From Octopus sinensis (Eukaryota), in the NCBI RefSeq assembly GCF_006345805.1, contig NC_042999.1, positions 110,422,001-110,486,000 of the forward strand: a stretch of DNA of 64,000 nucleotides, given 5' to 3'. Shown piece after piece: positions 36,475 to 48,722 of this stretch (within the stretch, counting starts at the first letter, position 1; every line of letters begins with the position of its first letter). Position numbers and translations under genes: made by a program. The notes beneath the pieces are model-generated. The model searched no databases, was not told where the DNA came from, and was given only the letters and a program-made list of their open reading frames with translations.

Positions 36475-37190
36475 ATCATCATCATCATCATCATCATTTA
36501 ACGTCCGTTTTTCATGCTGGCATGAGTTGGACGGTTTGGCAGGAGCTGGCCAATTGAAGAGTTGCCCAAGTTCTATATCTGTTTTACCATGGTTTCTATG
36601 GTTTGATGCCTTTCCTAATGCCAACCACTTTACACGGTGCCCACTGGCACCCATAAGCCCACAATATTAGGATCATTCAGCTGAAGAGGGATGCAGTGGA
36701 CATGCCTGTACTATGTATTTACTTAGCTAGATATGTCTTCTCAAGTGCAGCAAAATGTCAGAAGTCTCAGTCCCCTGTCATCCCCTTTGTTAGGCCCATC
36801 ATCAGAAGATCCTTTCTCACTGCTTCATCCCAAGTCTTCCTGGATCTTCCCCTTCCACATGTTCCCTCCACAAATTAGTTTATCTTTTATCTCTTCGCTG
36901 TTTCAGTCATTAGACTGCAGCTAATCTAGGGCACTGCCACTGTAGTGAAAGCCCATGTTTCAATGCCATGTAACATAGCCGTACATACACAGGCATCATA
37001 CTGTCAGCCTTTTACTCTGTTACTAATAAAGGTAAAATTCTCTAAACTTCACCCAGCCTGTTCTTATCCTAGCAACTACACTTTCAGAACTTCCTCCACC
37101 ACTGTTTACTTGGTCTCTTAAGTAATAGAAGCTATCTACTACCTCTAAGAGAATCCGTTGTCTGCATACTTTTAGTGCTTACTGTACCTG
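36475..37190 (-). pseudogene. RTE-clade LINE ORF2 C-terminal relic followed by its 3' UTR and (GAT)n tail
   Basis: Minus-strand peptides LEVVDSFYYLRDQVNSGGGSSESVVARIRTGWVKFRE, YDACVCTAMLHGIETWA and VEGTCGRGRSRKTWDEAVRKDLLMMGLT (to the stop at 36719-21) match the RTE post-RT region. A family C tail follows at 36475-36660. A SINE A tail fragment interrupts at ~36885-36945. Confidence 0.85.
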
Positions 37191-37377
37191 CACATTTCAC
37201 ACACACGCACACACAAGCACAAACACACACACACATCATCATCATCATCATTTAACGTCCATGTTTTGTGTTGCCATGTGTTAGACAGTTTCACAAGGAT
37301 TTAATGAGTTAAGGATTGCGTCATACTACAGTGTGCATGGAGAGCTCATTTTGTGCCACCAGTACTATTTACATCTT

Positions 37378-37458
<81 letters not shown>

Positions 37459-38069
37459 TTATTTATATATTTATATATATTTATATATATTTATTTATTT
37501 ATATATTTATATATATATATATTCTTTTATTCATTTACTTGTTTCAGTCTGCAGCCATGCTGGAGCACTGCTTTTTAATCAAACAAATAAACCCCAGGAC
37601 TTATTCTTTTTAAGCTTGGTACTTATTCTGTCAGTCTCTTTTGCCAAACCACTAAGTTACAGGGACATAGGCACACCAAAGTTGGTTGTCAATCGACAGT
37701 GGGAGAACAAACTCAGACACATAGAGAGAAAGAGAAAGAGAAAGAAAGAAAGAGAGATAGGAGAGACAGGAGATATATATATATATAGGTAGATGGATAG
37801 ATATATAACATCTTTATACATCTGTATAAATAAGCATCACACATATGAATATATGGCATTGTCAAAAGAGAAACCAAACTTTTAAAACAGTGCGTTGTCT
37901 TGCCAACTAATGTTACTCTGTAGATATGATGTTAACCTTCAGTCTAACAATAGCCACATATAAAGTCAAATCAGTTAGCCATCTATCAAAATGAATTAGA
38001 GTGAATGAATGTCTGTTTTGTGTACTTAACAATTTGTCACAAGTTGAATAAAAGTTTGGAAACGGAATG

Positions 38070-38391
38070 CGTTTGCAAAATTCTGTTTCAAATTGGAAAA
38101 CCGAATTATAAAAACTTTTCTAGTGCTGCAACAAACCTATAACTTGTGCCAGCTTTGAAATTAGGAAGAACATATTCCAAAGATAATCTCAGATCTGGAT
38201 GACTATTCACAGCAATAGATGATGATTATATTGTGGAGATATATGTTGTAGAGCATGAAAATTTCTGCCTTACTGTCCACGAAGTTTTTGAAATGGTAGG
38301 CACCTATATAACTTCATACCATGGGATTTTCTATGTACAAATGAATATGCATTGTGTTGTTACAAAATTTGAGCCAAATCTACTGACATAA
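38070..38391 (+). pseudogene. mariner-family transposase N-terminal relic
   Basis: KFCFKL, then SKDNLRSG*LFTAIDDDYIVEIYVVEHENFCLTVHEVFEMVGTYITSYHGIFYVQMNMHCVVTKFEPNLLT, which aligns by eye with mariner LEDDPRSGRP...RRLTIRELAEEVGIS...LNMHRVAAKFVPRLLT. Confidence 0.7.
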
Positions 38392-38786
38392 GCCAGATGA
38401 GAATCAAGTTACAGTCGGGAGGACATAAGCTAAGGAATAGAAGAAAATATATGTATGTAAAAAGCACCCTTGCTGGTACCACCTTGGCACTGGTACCCAT
38501 GCCAGTGCCATGTACAAAAGTATCCGTGCTGGCATGATATACAATGGTACCAATGCCAGTACCATGTATGAAAGTAACCATGCCAGTGTCATGTAAAATT
38601 GCACTCATCCTGGTGTCATGTAATAAAGCACCCATGCTTCTATCAAATCCATTTGTGAGGCTTTGGTTGGCCTGAGGCTATAGTAGATGACATTTGTCCA
38701 AGGTGCCATGCAGTGGGACAGAACCCAGAACCATGTGGCTGGGAAGCAAACTTCTAACCACACAGCCATGCCTGCAGCTGTGTGTG

Positions 38787-38825
<39 letters not shown>

Positions 38826-39183
38826 GAGAGAGTAGAGATATATAGGTAGAAGGATAGATATGTCACGTAATAAAGCATGTAATAAAGCACCAACACAAAA
38901 AACCTGTGCTAGTGCCATGTAAAAGCATCCCATGCACTCTGTAAAGTGATTGGTGTTAGGAAGGGCATCCAGCTCTATAAACCAGGCCAAAATGGACGGC
39001 TAGAACATGGTGTAGCCCTCCAGTTTGCTAGCTTCTGTAAAACCATCCAACCCATGCCAACATGGTAACACACGTTAGATGGTGAGGATGAGGATGATGA
39101 TACATTCTTATCATCATCCCAAAGAGCAATCTATAATTTCATTCATACATACAACATCTCTCTCTCTCACACACACGTGTATA

Positions 39184-39562
39184 TATCATCATCATCATCA
39201 TCATCACCATCATCGTTTAACATCTGTTTTCCATGCTAGCATGGGTTGGACAGTGCAACCGGGGTCTGGGAAGCCCGGAGGCTGTACCAGGCTCCAGTCT
39301 GATCTGGCAGTGTTTCTACAGCTTGATGCCCTTCCTAATGCCAACCACTCCGTGAGTGTAGTGGGTGCTTTTTACGTGCCACCGGCATAGGTGCCAGGGG
39401 AGGCTGGCAATGGCCATGATCAGCAGGTGCTTTTTATGTGCCACCGGCACGGAAGCCAGTTACGGCAGCGCTGGCATTGGCCACGTTCAGATGGTGCTTT
39501 TTACATGCCACCGGCACAGGTATTACAATTACAATTTCAATTTGATTTTTGATGTTGATGTT
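39184..39562 (-). mobile_element. RTE 3' end with three monomers
   Basis: (CAT)n tail, conserved UTR and repeated GGTGCTTTT(T)AC(G/A)TGCCACCGGCAC. It faces a plus-strand copy at ~38870-39100. Confidence 0.85.
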
Positions 39563-39879
39563 GATATATCTTTTATCTTTTGCTTGTTTCAGTCATTGGA
39601 CAGCAGCCATGCTCAGGTATAACCTTAAAGATGAATGGAAAAGTCAGTATTGGTAGTATTTGGACACAGAACATAAAAGCTGGAAGAAATGGCACGAAGC
39701 ATTTTGTTCAGTCTGCTAACAATCTTGGCAGTCCACATACACTCACACTCTGTGTGTGTGTGTGCATGCGTGTGTGTGTGTGCATGTGTGTGCATGCATG
39801 TGTGTGTGTAGGTGTGTGCATGCATATGCATGCATATATGCAGCCAAGTGTATACACACACACACACACATGCACACGC

Positions 39880-39917
<38 letters not shown>

Positions 39918-40549
39918 AGTCTCTTTCTTTTATTGGTTTCTGTTATTCCAATTCTGGTTATTCCAATTCTCTTGTTATCTCTCACTATTCACCTTTGTTT
40001 CTCTTCCATGTGCTCCATCTCATCATACATACATACATGCATACATAGACATACACAAGCCAACTAGCAATCTTTTTGTGGCTGCTCAACTTGCAAGAAA
40101 AAGCAGTTAAGATTTCCCTCAAATCTCATCCTAGAATCATCATTTGGACGATCATAAACATACAAAAAATCCCCAACAAAAAACAAAAAAATAAGCTCAC
40201 AGCTGGAATGCTTTTGATCATGGGTATGTGCTAATTGAGCATAACTATGATATCCTGGGGCTAAACAATGATAACACTGACATTTCTTCTTACCTTTAAC
40301 GACCCCTCTATTATCTACTTCCTGTTTCTCTTTCCCATTCTTCATCTCTATCACTTTGTGTTTGTCTCTGTGTGTATACATGTGTTCACAGTGTAATTAT
40401 ATGTTACCTGTCTGTGTGTATGTATGTGCATATGAATGTATGTATGTGTGTGAACGTATTTATGTAAGTATGTATGAGTGTGTATATATATGTATTTATG
40501 TGTATGTATGTACGAATGCATGTATGCATGTTTGTATATAAAAGTACAA

Positions 40550-40752
40550 ATGATGATGGAGATTCTCCAATGATGATTATGATGATGATGATGATGACAA
40601 TGATGATGACTGTAATGGTGGTAATGTCAGTGCTGGTGCTGCTGCTGGTGCTGCTGCTGGTGCTGCTGCTGGTGCTGCTGCTACTGCCACTGATGCAGAT
40701 GATAACATTGATCATATGATCAAGATGACCAAGATGAAGATGATGATGAAGC

Positions 40753-40785
<33 letters not shown>

Positions 40786-40922
40786 GGGAGAAGACTGGGC
40801 GAAGAAGAAGCCGAAGATGAAATTGATGATGATACCATTACAGATGAATGATAGTGGTGACGGTGATGGTGGTGGTGGTGGTGGTGGTGGTGGTGGTAGT
40901 AGTAGTGTTGTTGTTGTTGGTA
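40550..40922. repeat. Compound GAT/GCT/GGT trinucleotide tract
   Basis: Seen directly. It explains ORFs 40404-40952 and 40474-40719. Confidence 0.9.
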
Positions 40923-41076
40923 GTGGCGGTGCTGTTTATATTTCTGTTTCATTGGGAAGCGGGTAAAAAAAAATTCTTACTTTGTAGAACTAACTGATGC
41001 TTGATGGCTTTTCTTCACAGCTGCGTACTTAGGTGGCAAACTGGATTTTCATACGTGTGCACACACACACACACAG

Positions 41077-41110
<34 letters not shown>

Positions 41111-41441
41111 TGCACAAACACACACACACACACACACTTGCAGAATCCTCACCCACTCTTCACAGAGGAGCTGGGGGTAGGCCAGGAGTCAGAAACACCA
41201 GTCTTTACCCCTTGCCTTCTGTTTCTACAACTCATTTTTAGGGATTTGATTTATTTATTCTATTTATTTAGGCTGTTTAGACAGGAAAACTTCCCAGCCT
41301 ACAAATTGTAAAATCTCTTCCCCTTTGACTTACAAACATATGTAAGCGTGTGCATTTGTATGCGTGTGTGTGCTTGTATGTGTGTTTACATTTGAAGGCA
41401 TACATGCCTGTATGTGTCTGATGAGGAAGTGTGTTTTAGGT

Positions 41442-41493
<52 letters not shown>

Positions 41494-41555
41494 TATATAC
41501 ACATGCACACATGTATATATGTATGTATATATATATGTGTATATGCATATACATA

Positions 41556-41589
<34 letters not shown>

Positions 41590-41641
41590 GGTGTGTATAT
41601 GTATATATATATATATATATGCATGTATGTTTGTATGTATG

Positions 41642-41672
<31 letters not shown>

Positions 41673-41985
41673 ATGTATATATATATTTATTACATGTTTA
41701 CATGCATATATACTTATACATATGTTTGTGTGTGAGTGTGTGTGTGTTTGTGTGTATGTGTGTTCTTAAGTTTGTGTATATAATTATCTGTGTTTCTAAG
41801 TGGGTAGTAGTAAATTAGTTACGTGTGGATACACATACATAATAATAGATTGGCAATGAGTCGCTAGTAATACATATGTTTGTTAAAAAGTTTGCAGAGA
41901 TACAATGTATGTATACACACATGCACACATATATATACATGTATGTAATGTTTGTGCATGTGTATGTGTGAGCAAGAGAAGAGAG

Positions 41986-42034
<49 letters not shown>

Positions 42035-42604
42035 TCAATAGTGAAAGTAGAGTTACATAACAGCTTGATTTCAAATGCCTACAGCACAAGGCCAGTAATT
42101 TCACGAATTATATCAATCCTCACTGTTTCAAAAAGATGAAAGGCAAAGTCACCCTCAGTGAAATTTGACCTCAGAATGTAAAGTCAGAAGAAATGCCATT
42201 ATGCATTTTGTCTGGTATAGCAAAGATTCTGCCAGCTCGCTGCCATAGACTTACATCATTTATTAGAAACTAAGCCTTGGACAATTATGATTTGTCCAAG
42301 GAATGGAAATTTCAATACACACAAACACAATTTTTCACCCTTATTATTTTAAATTTAAATTTAAATTGCTATGTTCTCTAACCGGCATAATTCACTGCAG
42401 AAAATTATTTCTGGTAGTTTGGCATGCCAAAACGAAGATTTTTGAAAGGTGACCCCAATTGTAATTGGTAGAACTGTATACACGTTCAATCTCATGTAGA
42501 CGTTTCATCTATAGTTCTGCAAATTATATTTGCAAAGACAATCACACTGATGAGTTGTGGACAATTACATGAATGATTACATAAACGATATATATATATA
42601 TATA

Positions 42605-43117
42605 TCTATATATATAAAACTGTAGTTGTGTGAGTGTCTGTCCCCTTCGATTTAGATTCCTAACTACTCCCACATTTTGCGGTGCAGTTTAACCAAATTC
42701 GGGTATCTTATAGTCGTGATTCATATCGAGCCCGTCTGAGTATTAGCGCGTGTCTACGATGAGTCTACGATTTTAAAAATAATGTAACATCATTTTTTAT
42801 TCCATTTTAATGCATAATTTTTCATATGTCGATGGCGGCAGAGTTGGCGTCCATGGTCACACCTGCACCTGTTTGCTTCTCCCCCGTCTTCCCTCCCTCG
42901 TGAAGCTGTGGGGAAGGGAGTGTAAGGAAATCAACGTCGTAAAGCGTTGTCAAGGAGACCAGCGTTCTTTTAGAACAACGACTTCATGGCTTGAAGACAC
43001 CAAAACAGAAATGGCTAAGAAAGCCCGAATTGGCATCTATAAGGGAAGTAACTCTCTAAAAATGCTTATATAGTTATTTCCCTTACAAACCCAAGCAACG
43101 CCGGGCGATACTGCTAG
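42605..43117 (+). mobile_element. Non-autonomous Helitron
   Basis: 5' TC (TCTATATATATAAAA) after A at 42604. 3' hairpin CCCAAGCAACGCCGGG (43090-43105), then CTAG (43114-17) followed by T. CpG-rich interior. Confidence 0.85.
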
Positions 43118-43586
43118 TATATATATATATCAGAGGTGACTCCAGATCATCAGCGTCACTCAGGCTCATCACAGATTTTGTATAAGATTCATGACCAAAT
43201 CAGGTGTATGTGAATAATGTCAAGAGAACGTCTGCTTCAAATGTTATTTTTTGACACAGGACACTTCTAAGACACTGCCAGACACTAAACAAAAATAAAT
43301 GAACTATGACCAGGTTCAGAAAAAGGAACCTGAGTTATTGGCTGCAATTATATACTTGAAGTCAGTGTTGGCAGAAATTAAATCAGCTTCCAAATACTCA
43401 TTCATTTTACTAAATTCATACTTGGGCTAAACTCAAACAGCCCAAGTGCCAGATTCGCCACTGATTTATATACATACATATAATTTTAAAATAGGATAAA
43501 ATCTTTTTAAGAATTTATCACGTAGTCAGCATGAAAAACTTCATAAGGGAAAAAATTATAATTATTCCCTTTAAATATATTTATTC

Positions 43587-43767
43587 ATATTATGGGCTAA
43601 TATATTTATTCATAAATGGCTAATGCTATGAGGGACTCTTAAAGCCAAAACTACCATAATAAATACAGTGTACTGAGCGTAAGGATACACTGTATTCATA
43701 ATGGCAGTTTTGACTTTAATTGTCCCTCATAGCATGAGGCATTTATGTGTATTAATGCCCTTAATAT
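43587..43767. mobile_element. Hairpin MITE with ~80-bp arms and a 13-nt loop
   Basis: ATAAATGGCTAATGCTATGAGGGAC...AATACAGTGTA pairs with TACACTGTATTC...GTCCCTCATAGCATGAGGCATTTAT. Confidence 0.8.
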
Positions 43768-43819
43768 AAATATACATACATACATACATGCATACATATA
43801 TATATATGTGTGTGTGTGT

Positions 43820-44685
43820 ATTATCACTGGAAATACTTCAACCAAATTCCGTTTAAATAAGGAAAGCATACTCATTAAAAAGTATAAACCACAGCTGAAT
43901 ATCCTTTAGAAAGAAGTTAAAACACTAAAGAGAAAAAGGAAAAAAGGCTCAATTTCTCCACAAAAAACAACCATAAAAAACAAACCCTTTTAAAAACTTT
44001 AGTAACAGTCTCCCACCAGGTTTTTGAAACTGCAACACCAAATCACCATACAATAACACTACACAAACACCAGTTGCTGATGTCACCTAACTCTAGACCA
44101 ATGAAATTTTACTTCTGATCAAAACCAAACTTCAGCAAATACAACAAAGTGAACCTTTAAGCTGATGACCATTCCCCACAGGGAAGCCAATCAACAAACT
44201 TGACCACTGGAAAAACAAGACGTCACCAGTACTTGCACAAATCAAAAATCAGATCTACTCATGGAAAAAATTATAAATACATTGGATTCTGAAGCACAAC
44301 GCTACAAGCGAAAGTTCCTTCACACAACAGAAAGAGAATCAGAGAAATTGTAAACCAAATCCCTTCTTTTACTATCATCATTTCTCCCTTGTTTTTCTTC
44401 CTCTTAACTCAGTATGACCGAAACTTTGTTGATATTTATTTCTTGTCGATCCCTACTAACACTATTGAATTTTGTACATTTATACAAGTCGATGCACAGT
44501 TTTTATATTATTGACTGTTATGAACATTTAAACTTGTCAACATTGAAACTTTAAACATGTTTTTCTAATTCACTGATAAACAAAAAATATTGTTGAAACT
44601 AGTTTGATATATATATAAATAAATTTATTTTAAACAATTACAAGTTTTTAAAATTTAAGTACATTTTCAACAACAAATTTGCCTA

Positions 44686-44690
<5 letters not shown>
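43820..44690 (+). mobile_element. Penelope-like element 3' relic (GIY-YIG C-terminus plus UTR)
   Basis: 43820-43909 reads IITGNTSTKFRLNKESILIKKYKPQLNIL*, matching the PLE GIY-YIG end motif R..KE...I....P.LN. The A/C-rich UTR contains a decayed CTGATAA...GAAACTAGTT hammerhead-like trace at ~44571-44606. Confidence 0.55.
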
Positions 44691-44716
<26 letters not shown>

Positions 44717-45528
44717 TTGTATATAGATTGATAGATATAGATATAGATATACATACAACAGGCTTCTTCCAGTTTCCACCAAACAAATCCACTCACAAGG
44801 CTTTGGTTGGCCTGAGGCTATAGTAGAAGACACTCGCTCAGTGTCATGCTGTGGGAATGAACCCAGAACCATGTGGTTGGGCAGAAAACTTCTTACCACA
44901 CAGCCACCCCTGTGCCTAAAATCAATTTTACATTAAACTGAATGATAACTAATTGTTTTTTGAAGTGTACATATTTTTTATTGAATTCAGTAAAGACTTT
45001 GCATGCCAAAACTTCTAAGTCGCTACTAACACTATTCGTGTTAAAGAATAATAATGTGTATGCATGTGTATGTGTACATATAAACTTACGCACATACATG
45101 TGTATGTGCATATATATATATATATATAAACATATACACATACATACCGACACGTACACCATACATAAGTATCTTATATACAACAAATATACAAATACAG
45201 ATAAGGAAGATGAACAAGAAAATGATAGAAAGAGAAGGCATGAGATGAGGTAAAGAAAGATAGAGAAATAAGATAGGAAGGAAAGAAAGTGTGTTGAAGA
45301 AATGGGGTGGAAGGCAATCCTTCAGCGAGGGACTAACAGTGCCTGGTTTTCACTCAACACTTGTTTAATGGTTTGACTGATTATCAGCAATTAGTTAGCA
45401 ATATAGAATACAGCTGTTGTGAAGAATGAATTGACACACTGTTGTTACTTTATTATTGCGAGCACCAATAACTGTGTTCACACATATTGCCCTTTTTACT
45501 CACATACATATACATATGCAGCTTTCAT

Positions 45529-46405
45529 CAACATCATCATCATCATCATTTAGCGTCCGTTTTCCATGCTAGCATGGGTTGGACGGTTTAACTGGGGTCT
45601 GTGAAGCTGGAAGGCTTCATCAGGCCCAGTCAGATCTGGCAGTGTTTCTATGGCTGGATGCCCTTCCTAACGCCAACCACTCCGTGAGTGTAGTGGGTGC
45701 TTTTTACGTGCCACCCGCACAGGTGCCAGACAGAGCTGGCAAACGGACACGAACAGATGGTGCTTTTACATGTCACCGGCACGGGGGCCAGGCGAGGCTG
45801 GCAACGGACACGAACGGATGGTGCTTTTACGTGCCACCGACAGAGCTGGCAAACGGCCACGAACGGATGATGCTTTTACGTGTCACTGACACGGGGCCCA
45901 GACAGAGCTGGCAAACAGCCACGAACGGATGGTGCTTTTACGTGTCACCGGCACGTTTATCATCATCATCATCATCGTTTAACGTCCGTTCTCCATGCTA
46001 GCATGGGTTGGACGGTTCGACCGGGGATCTGGGAAGCCAGAAGCCTGCCCCAGGTTCCGGTCTTATCTGGCAATGTTTCTACAGCTGGATGCCCTTCCTA
46101 ACGCCAACCACTCCGTGAGTGTAGTGGGTGCTTTTTACGTGCCACCTGCACTGGAGCCAGGCGAGGCTGGCATCGGCCACGGTTGGATTGGTGCATTTTA
46201 CGTGCCACCTGCACGGAAGCCAGTCGAGGCGGCACTGGCTTCGGCCATGATTCGGATGGTGCTTTTTATGTGCCACCGACACGGAAGCCAGTCGAGGCTG
46301 CGCTGGCATCGGCCACGATTCGGATAGTGCTTCTTACGTATCTCCAGTCCAGGGGTCCTGGCATCTGCCAGGTGCCAGTCATAGGATTGGTTCAATTTTG
46401 ATTCC
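45529..46405 (-). mobile_element. Two adjacent RTE 3' ends with five and four monomers
   Basis: (CAT)n tails at ~45529 and ~45960, each followed by the conserved UTR and GGTGCTTTTACGTG(C/T)CACC monomer arrays. Confidence 0.85.
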
Positions 46406-46463
46406 GATATATATATATATATATATACAAGGCCAAAGAGGGTACGGGCGCCGCTATATATAT

Positions 46464-46800
46464 TATATGTAGAAAAATACAAACTGGGACAAGAACGTAA
46501 AACATTTACAAGACGATACAAAAAACACGGACGGGACATTCGAAGCCTTCAATCTTCAGTCAAGAACCTGTCCTTGTTTCGTATACATTCGATCCTTTTT
46601 CCAAGAAATCTAATGCTCGTAGCTTAGTTTTTCCTTGGGGCTGGCCGGATTGGAGCGATCTCAAGATTAATCAGCCGAAATTGCGAGGATGATCCGGTTC
46701 TCGACTGAAGATTGAAGGCTTCGAATGTCCCATCCGTGTTTTTTGTATTGTCTTCTAAATGTTTTACGTTCTTGTCCCAGTTTGTATTTTTCTACATATA
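46464..46800. mobile_element. Young MITE with 105-bp TIRs
   Basis: 46464-46568 and 46696-46800 are reverse complements with 4 mismatches. The spacer is 127 bp and the element sits in TA-repeat context. Confidence 0.9.
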
Positions 46801-46811
46801 ATATATATATG

Positions 46812-46857
<46 letters not shown>

Positions 46858-47209
46858 TACACATATATATTTAATGTGGTTGTTGGTTATGGCTAGCCGG
46901 TCAGAGAGTCGCCATTCGTTTCAAGCCTATAATGCTCTTAGCGATGTCTGCGACTTGTGTGTGCATGTGCATGTTTATGTACATGTGTGTGTGTGTGTGT
47001 GTGTGCGTGTGTATGTATACATATTTATATAAAACTAACTCTCTTCCCCCTCTCTCTTTCTTTGTATTATATATAAATATAAGACATGAACAGATAGATA
47101 AATAGATAGACAGATAGATATTCATATATATTCATATATATATATATGTATATATATATATATTCATATATATATATATATTCATATATATATATATATA
47201 TATATATAT

Positions 47210-47548
47210 GTTGAAAACCCCCTTTGGTCACGAGTGACCATGGGATTGCACCTAGAAAGTTACCCTCTCAGGCACAAGTCCAGGCAAGGTTGTTTATAGA
47301 AGACCAGCAGTCACCCATGCATACTGGCCACCCTCTCCCTGCCACCAGTGTTATCCAAGGGAAAGGCAAAGGCCAATACAGCTTGGCACCTGTGATTTTG
47401 CAACTCATTTCTACAGCTGAGTGAACTGGAGGAACGTGATATAAAGTGTCTTGCTCAAGAACACAACATGTGGCCCAGTCCGGGGTTCGAACTCACAACC
47501 TAGGAATCATAAGCTCAATGTTCTAACCTCTGAGCCATGCATCTTCAC
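47210..47548 (-). mobile_element. SINE family D variant with a different 3' tail
   Basis: GGGGTTCGAACTCACAACC (reverse of the B-box), GTGTCTTGCTCAAGAACAC core and CAACTCATTTCTACAGCTGAGTG are shared with 18596-18858, but the tail differs. Confidence 0.7.
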
Positions 47549-47551
47549 TAT

Positions 47552-47608
<57 letters not shown>

Positions 47609-47660
47609 CATATATATCTGTGTGTATTATGTATTTATGTACATCTCTCTCTCATTCTCA

Positions 47661-47728
<68 letters not shown>

Positions 47729-48265
47729 ATGTATATGTATATGTATATTTACATATATACATGATATAACCAAGGGTATCTGAAGTTTAGATGTATGTGC
47801 TGATCTGTTCATTTGGCGACTATTTTAGTCTGATGTTGAGTCATGTCTAAAAGCTAAAGAACATTCCACAATGCTTGTATTCTCTCAAGCATCCTTTGCC
47901 TTGTCATGTTTTCGACTACTCACTTAACACACCCACTGGTACCTTGCCATCCCCAATAGATAAGATGTATATGTACAAAGAAGAAAAGAAAGGAAACAGG
48001 AACCCTCCCTAATCTGAATTATGGTTCAGTATCAGTCAACAGTTTTGACTTTGAGAGCATGGCTTGCCTCCTCATTTTATTACTTTTTTTTCTATTCCTA
48101 CACAACACATGCGTACTTACAAATGTACACACACACACACACACAAGGAAACACACATAAACACACGCACATACACTATGCTCAGCAAAATTAAGATTAT
48201 CACTTTTTATCTTACTCCCTCCATACATGTGCATGTATGTTTGTGTGTGTATATATATTTTTTCT

Positions 48266-48653
48266 TTTATTCTTTTACTTTTTCAGTCATTTGACTATGA
48301 CCATGCTGGAGCACTGCCTTTAGTTGAACAAATCGACCAGAACTTATTCTATCAGTCACATTTGCTGAACCGCTAAGTTACAGGGGGACGTAAACACACG
48401 AACATTAGTGTCAATTTATGTTCAGAGGGGGACAAACACAGAAACACAAATATACACACAGACACACACACACACACACACACATACACACAGATGATAA
48501 GCTCCTTTCAGTTTTGTGTCTACCAAACCCACTCACAAGGTTCTGGTTGGTCCGATGCTGTAGCAGGAGACACTTGCACAAGGTGCCACACAGTGGGACT
48601 GTACCCAGAACTATGTGGATGGGAAGCAAGCTTCTTACCACACAGCCACTCCT
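48266..48653 (-). mobile_element. SINE family A
   Basis: Head-core-tail in reverse complement. Further A copies lie at 49730-50167 and 59845-60412. Confidence 0.85.
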
Positions 48654-48685
48654 ATATACATACATATATAAACATATATATGTAT

Positions 48686-48719
<34 letters not shown>

Positions 48720-48722
48720 GTA

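Noticed and set aside
43131-43430. Minus-strand exon candidates (VWQCLRSVLCQKITFEADVLLTLFTYT*; PKYEFSKMNEYLEADLISANTDFK)
   Set aside because: The first has an in-frame stop, the donors are weak, and no homology is recognised.
45690-46330. CRISPR array
   Set aside because: The context is eukaryotic, the spacers are mutually homologous, no cas genes are present, and the array lies inside RTE 3' UTRs.
46706-46733. Hammerhead in the MITE TIR (CTGAAGATTGAAGGCTTCGAATGTC)
   Set aside because: Stem II would need a 1-nt loop and GAAA is GAAT, so it cannot fold as a hammerhead.
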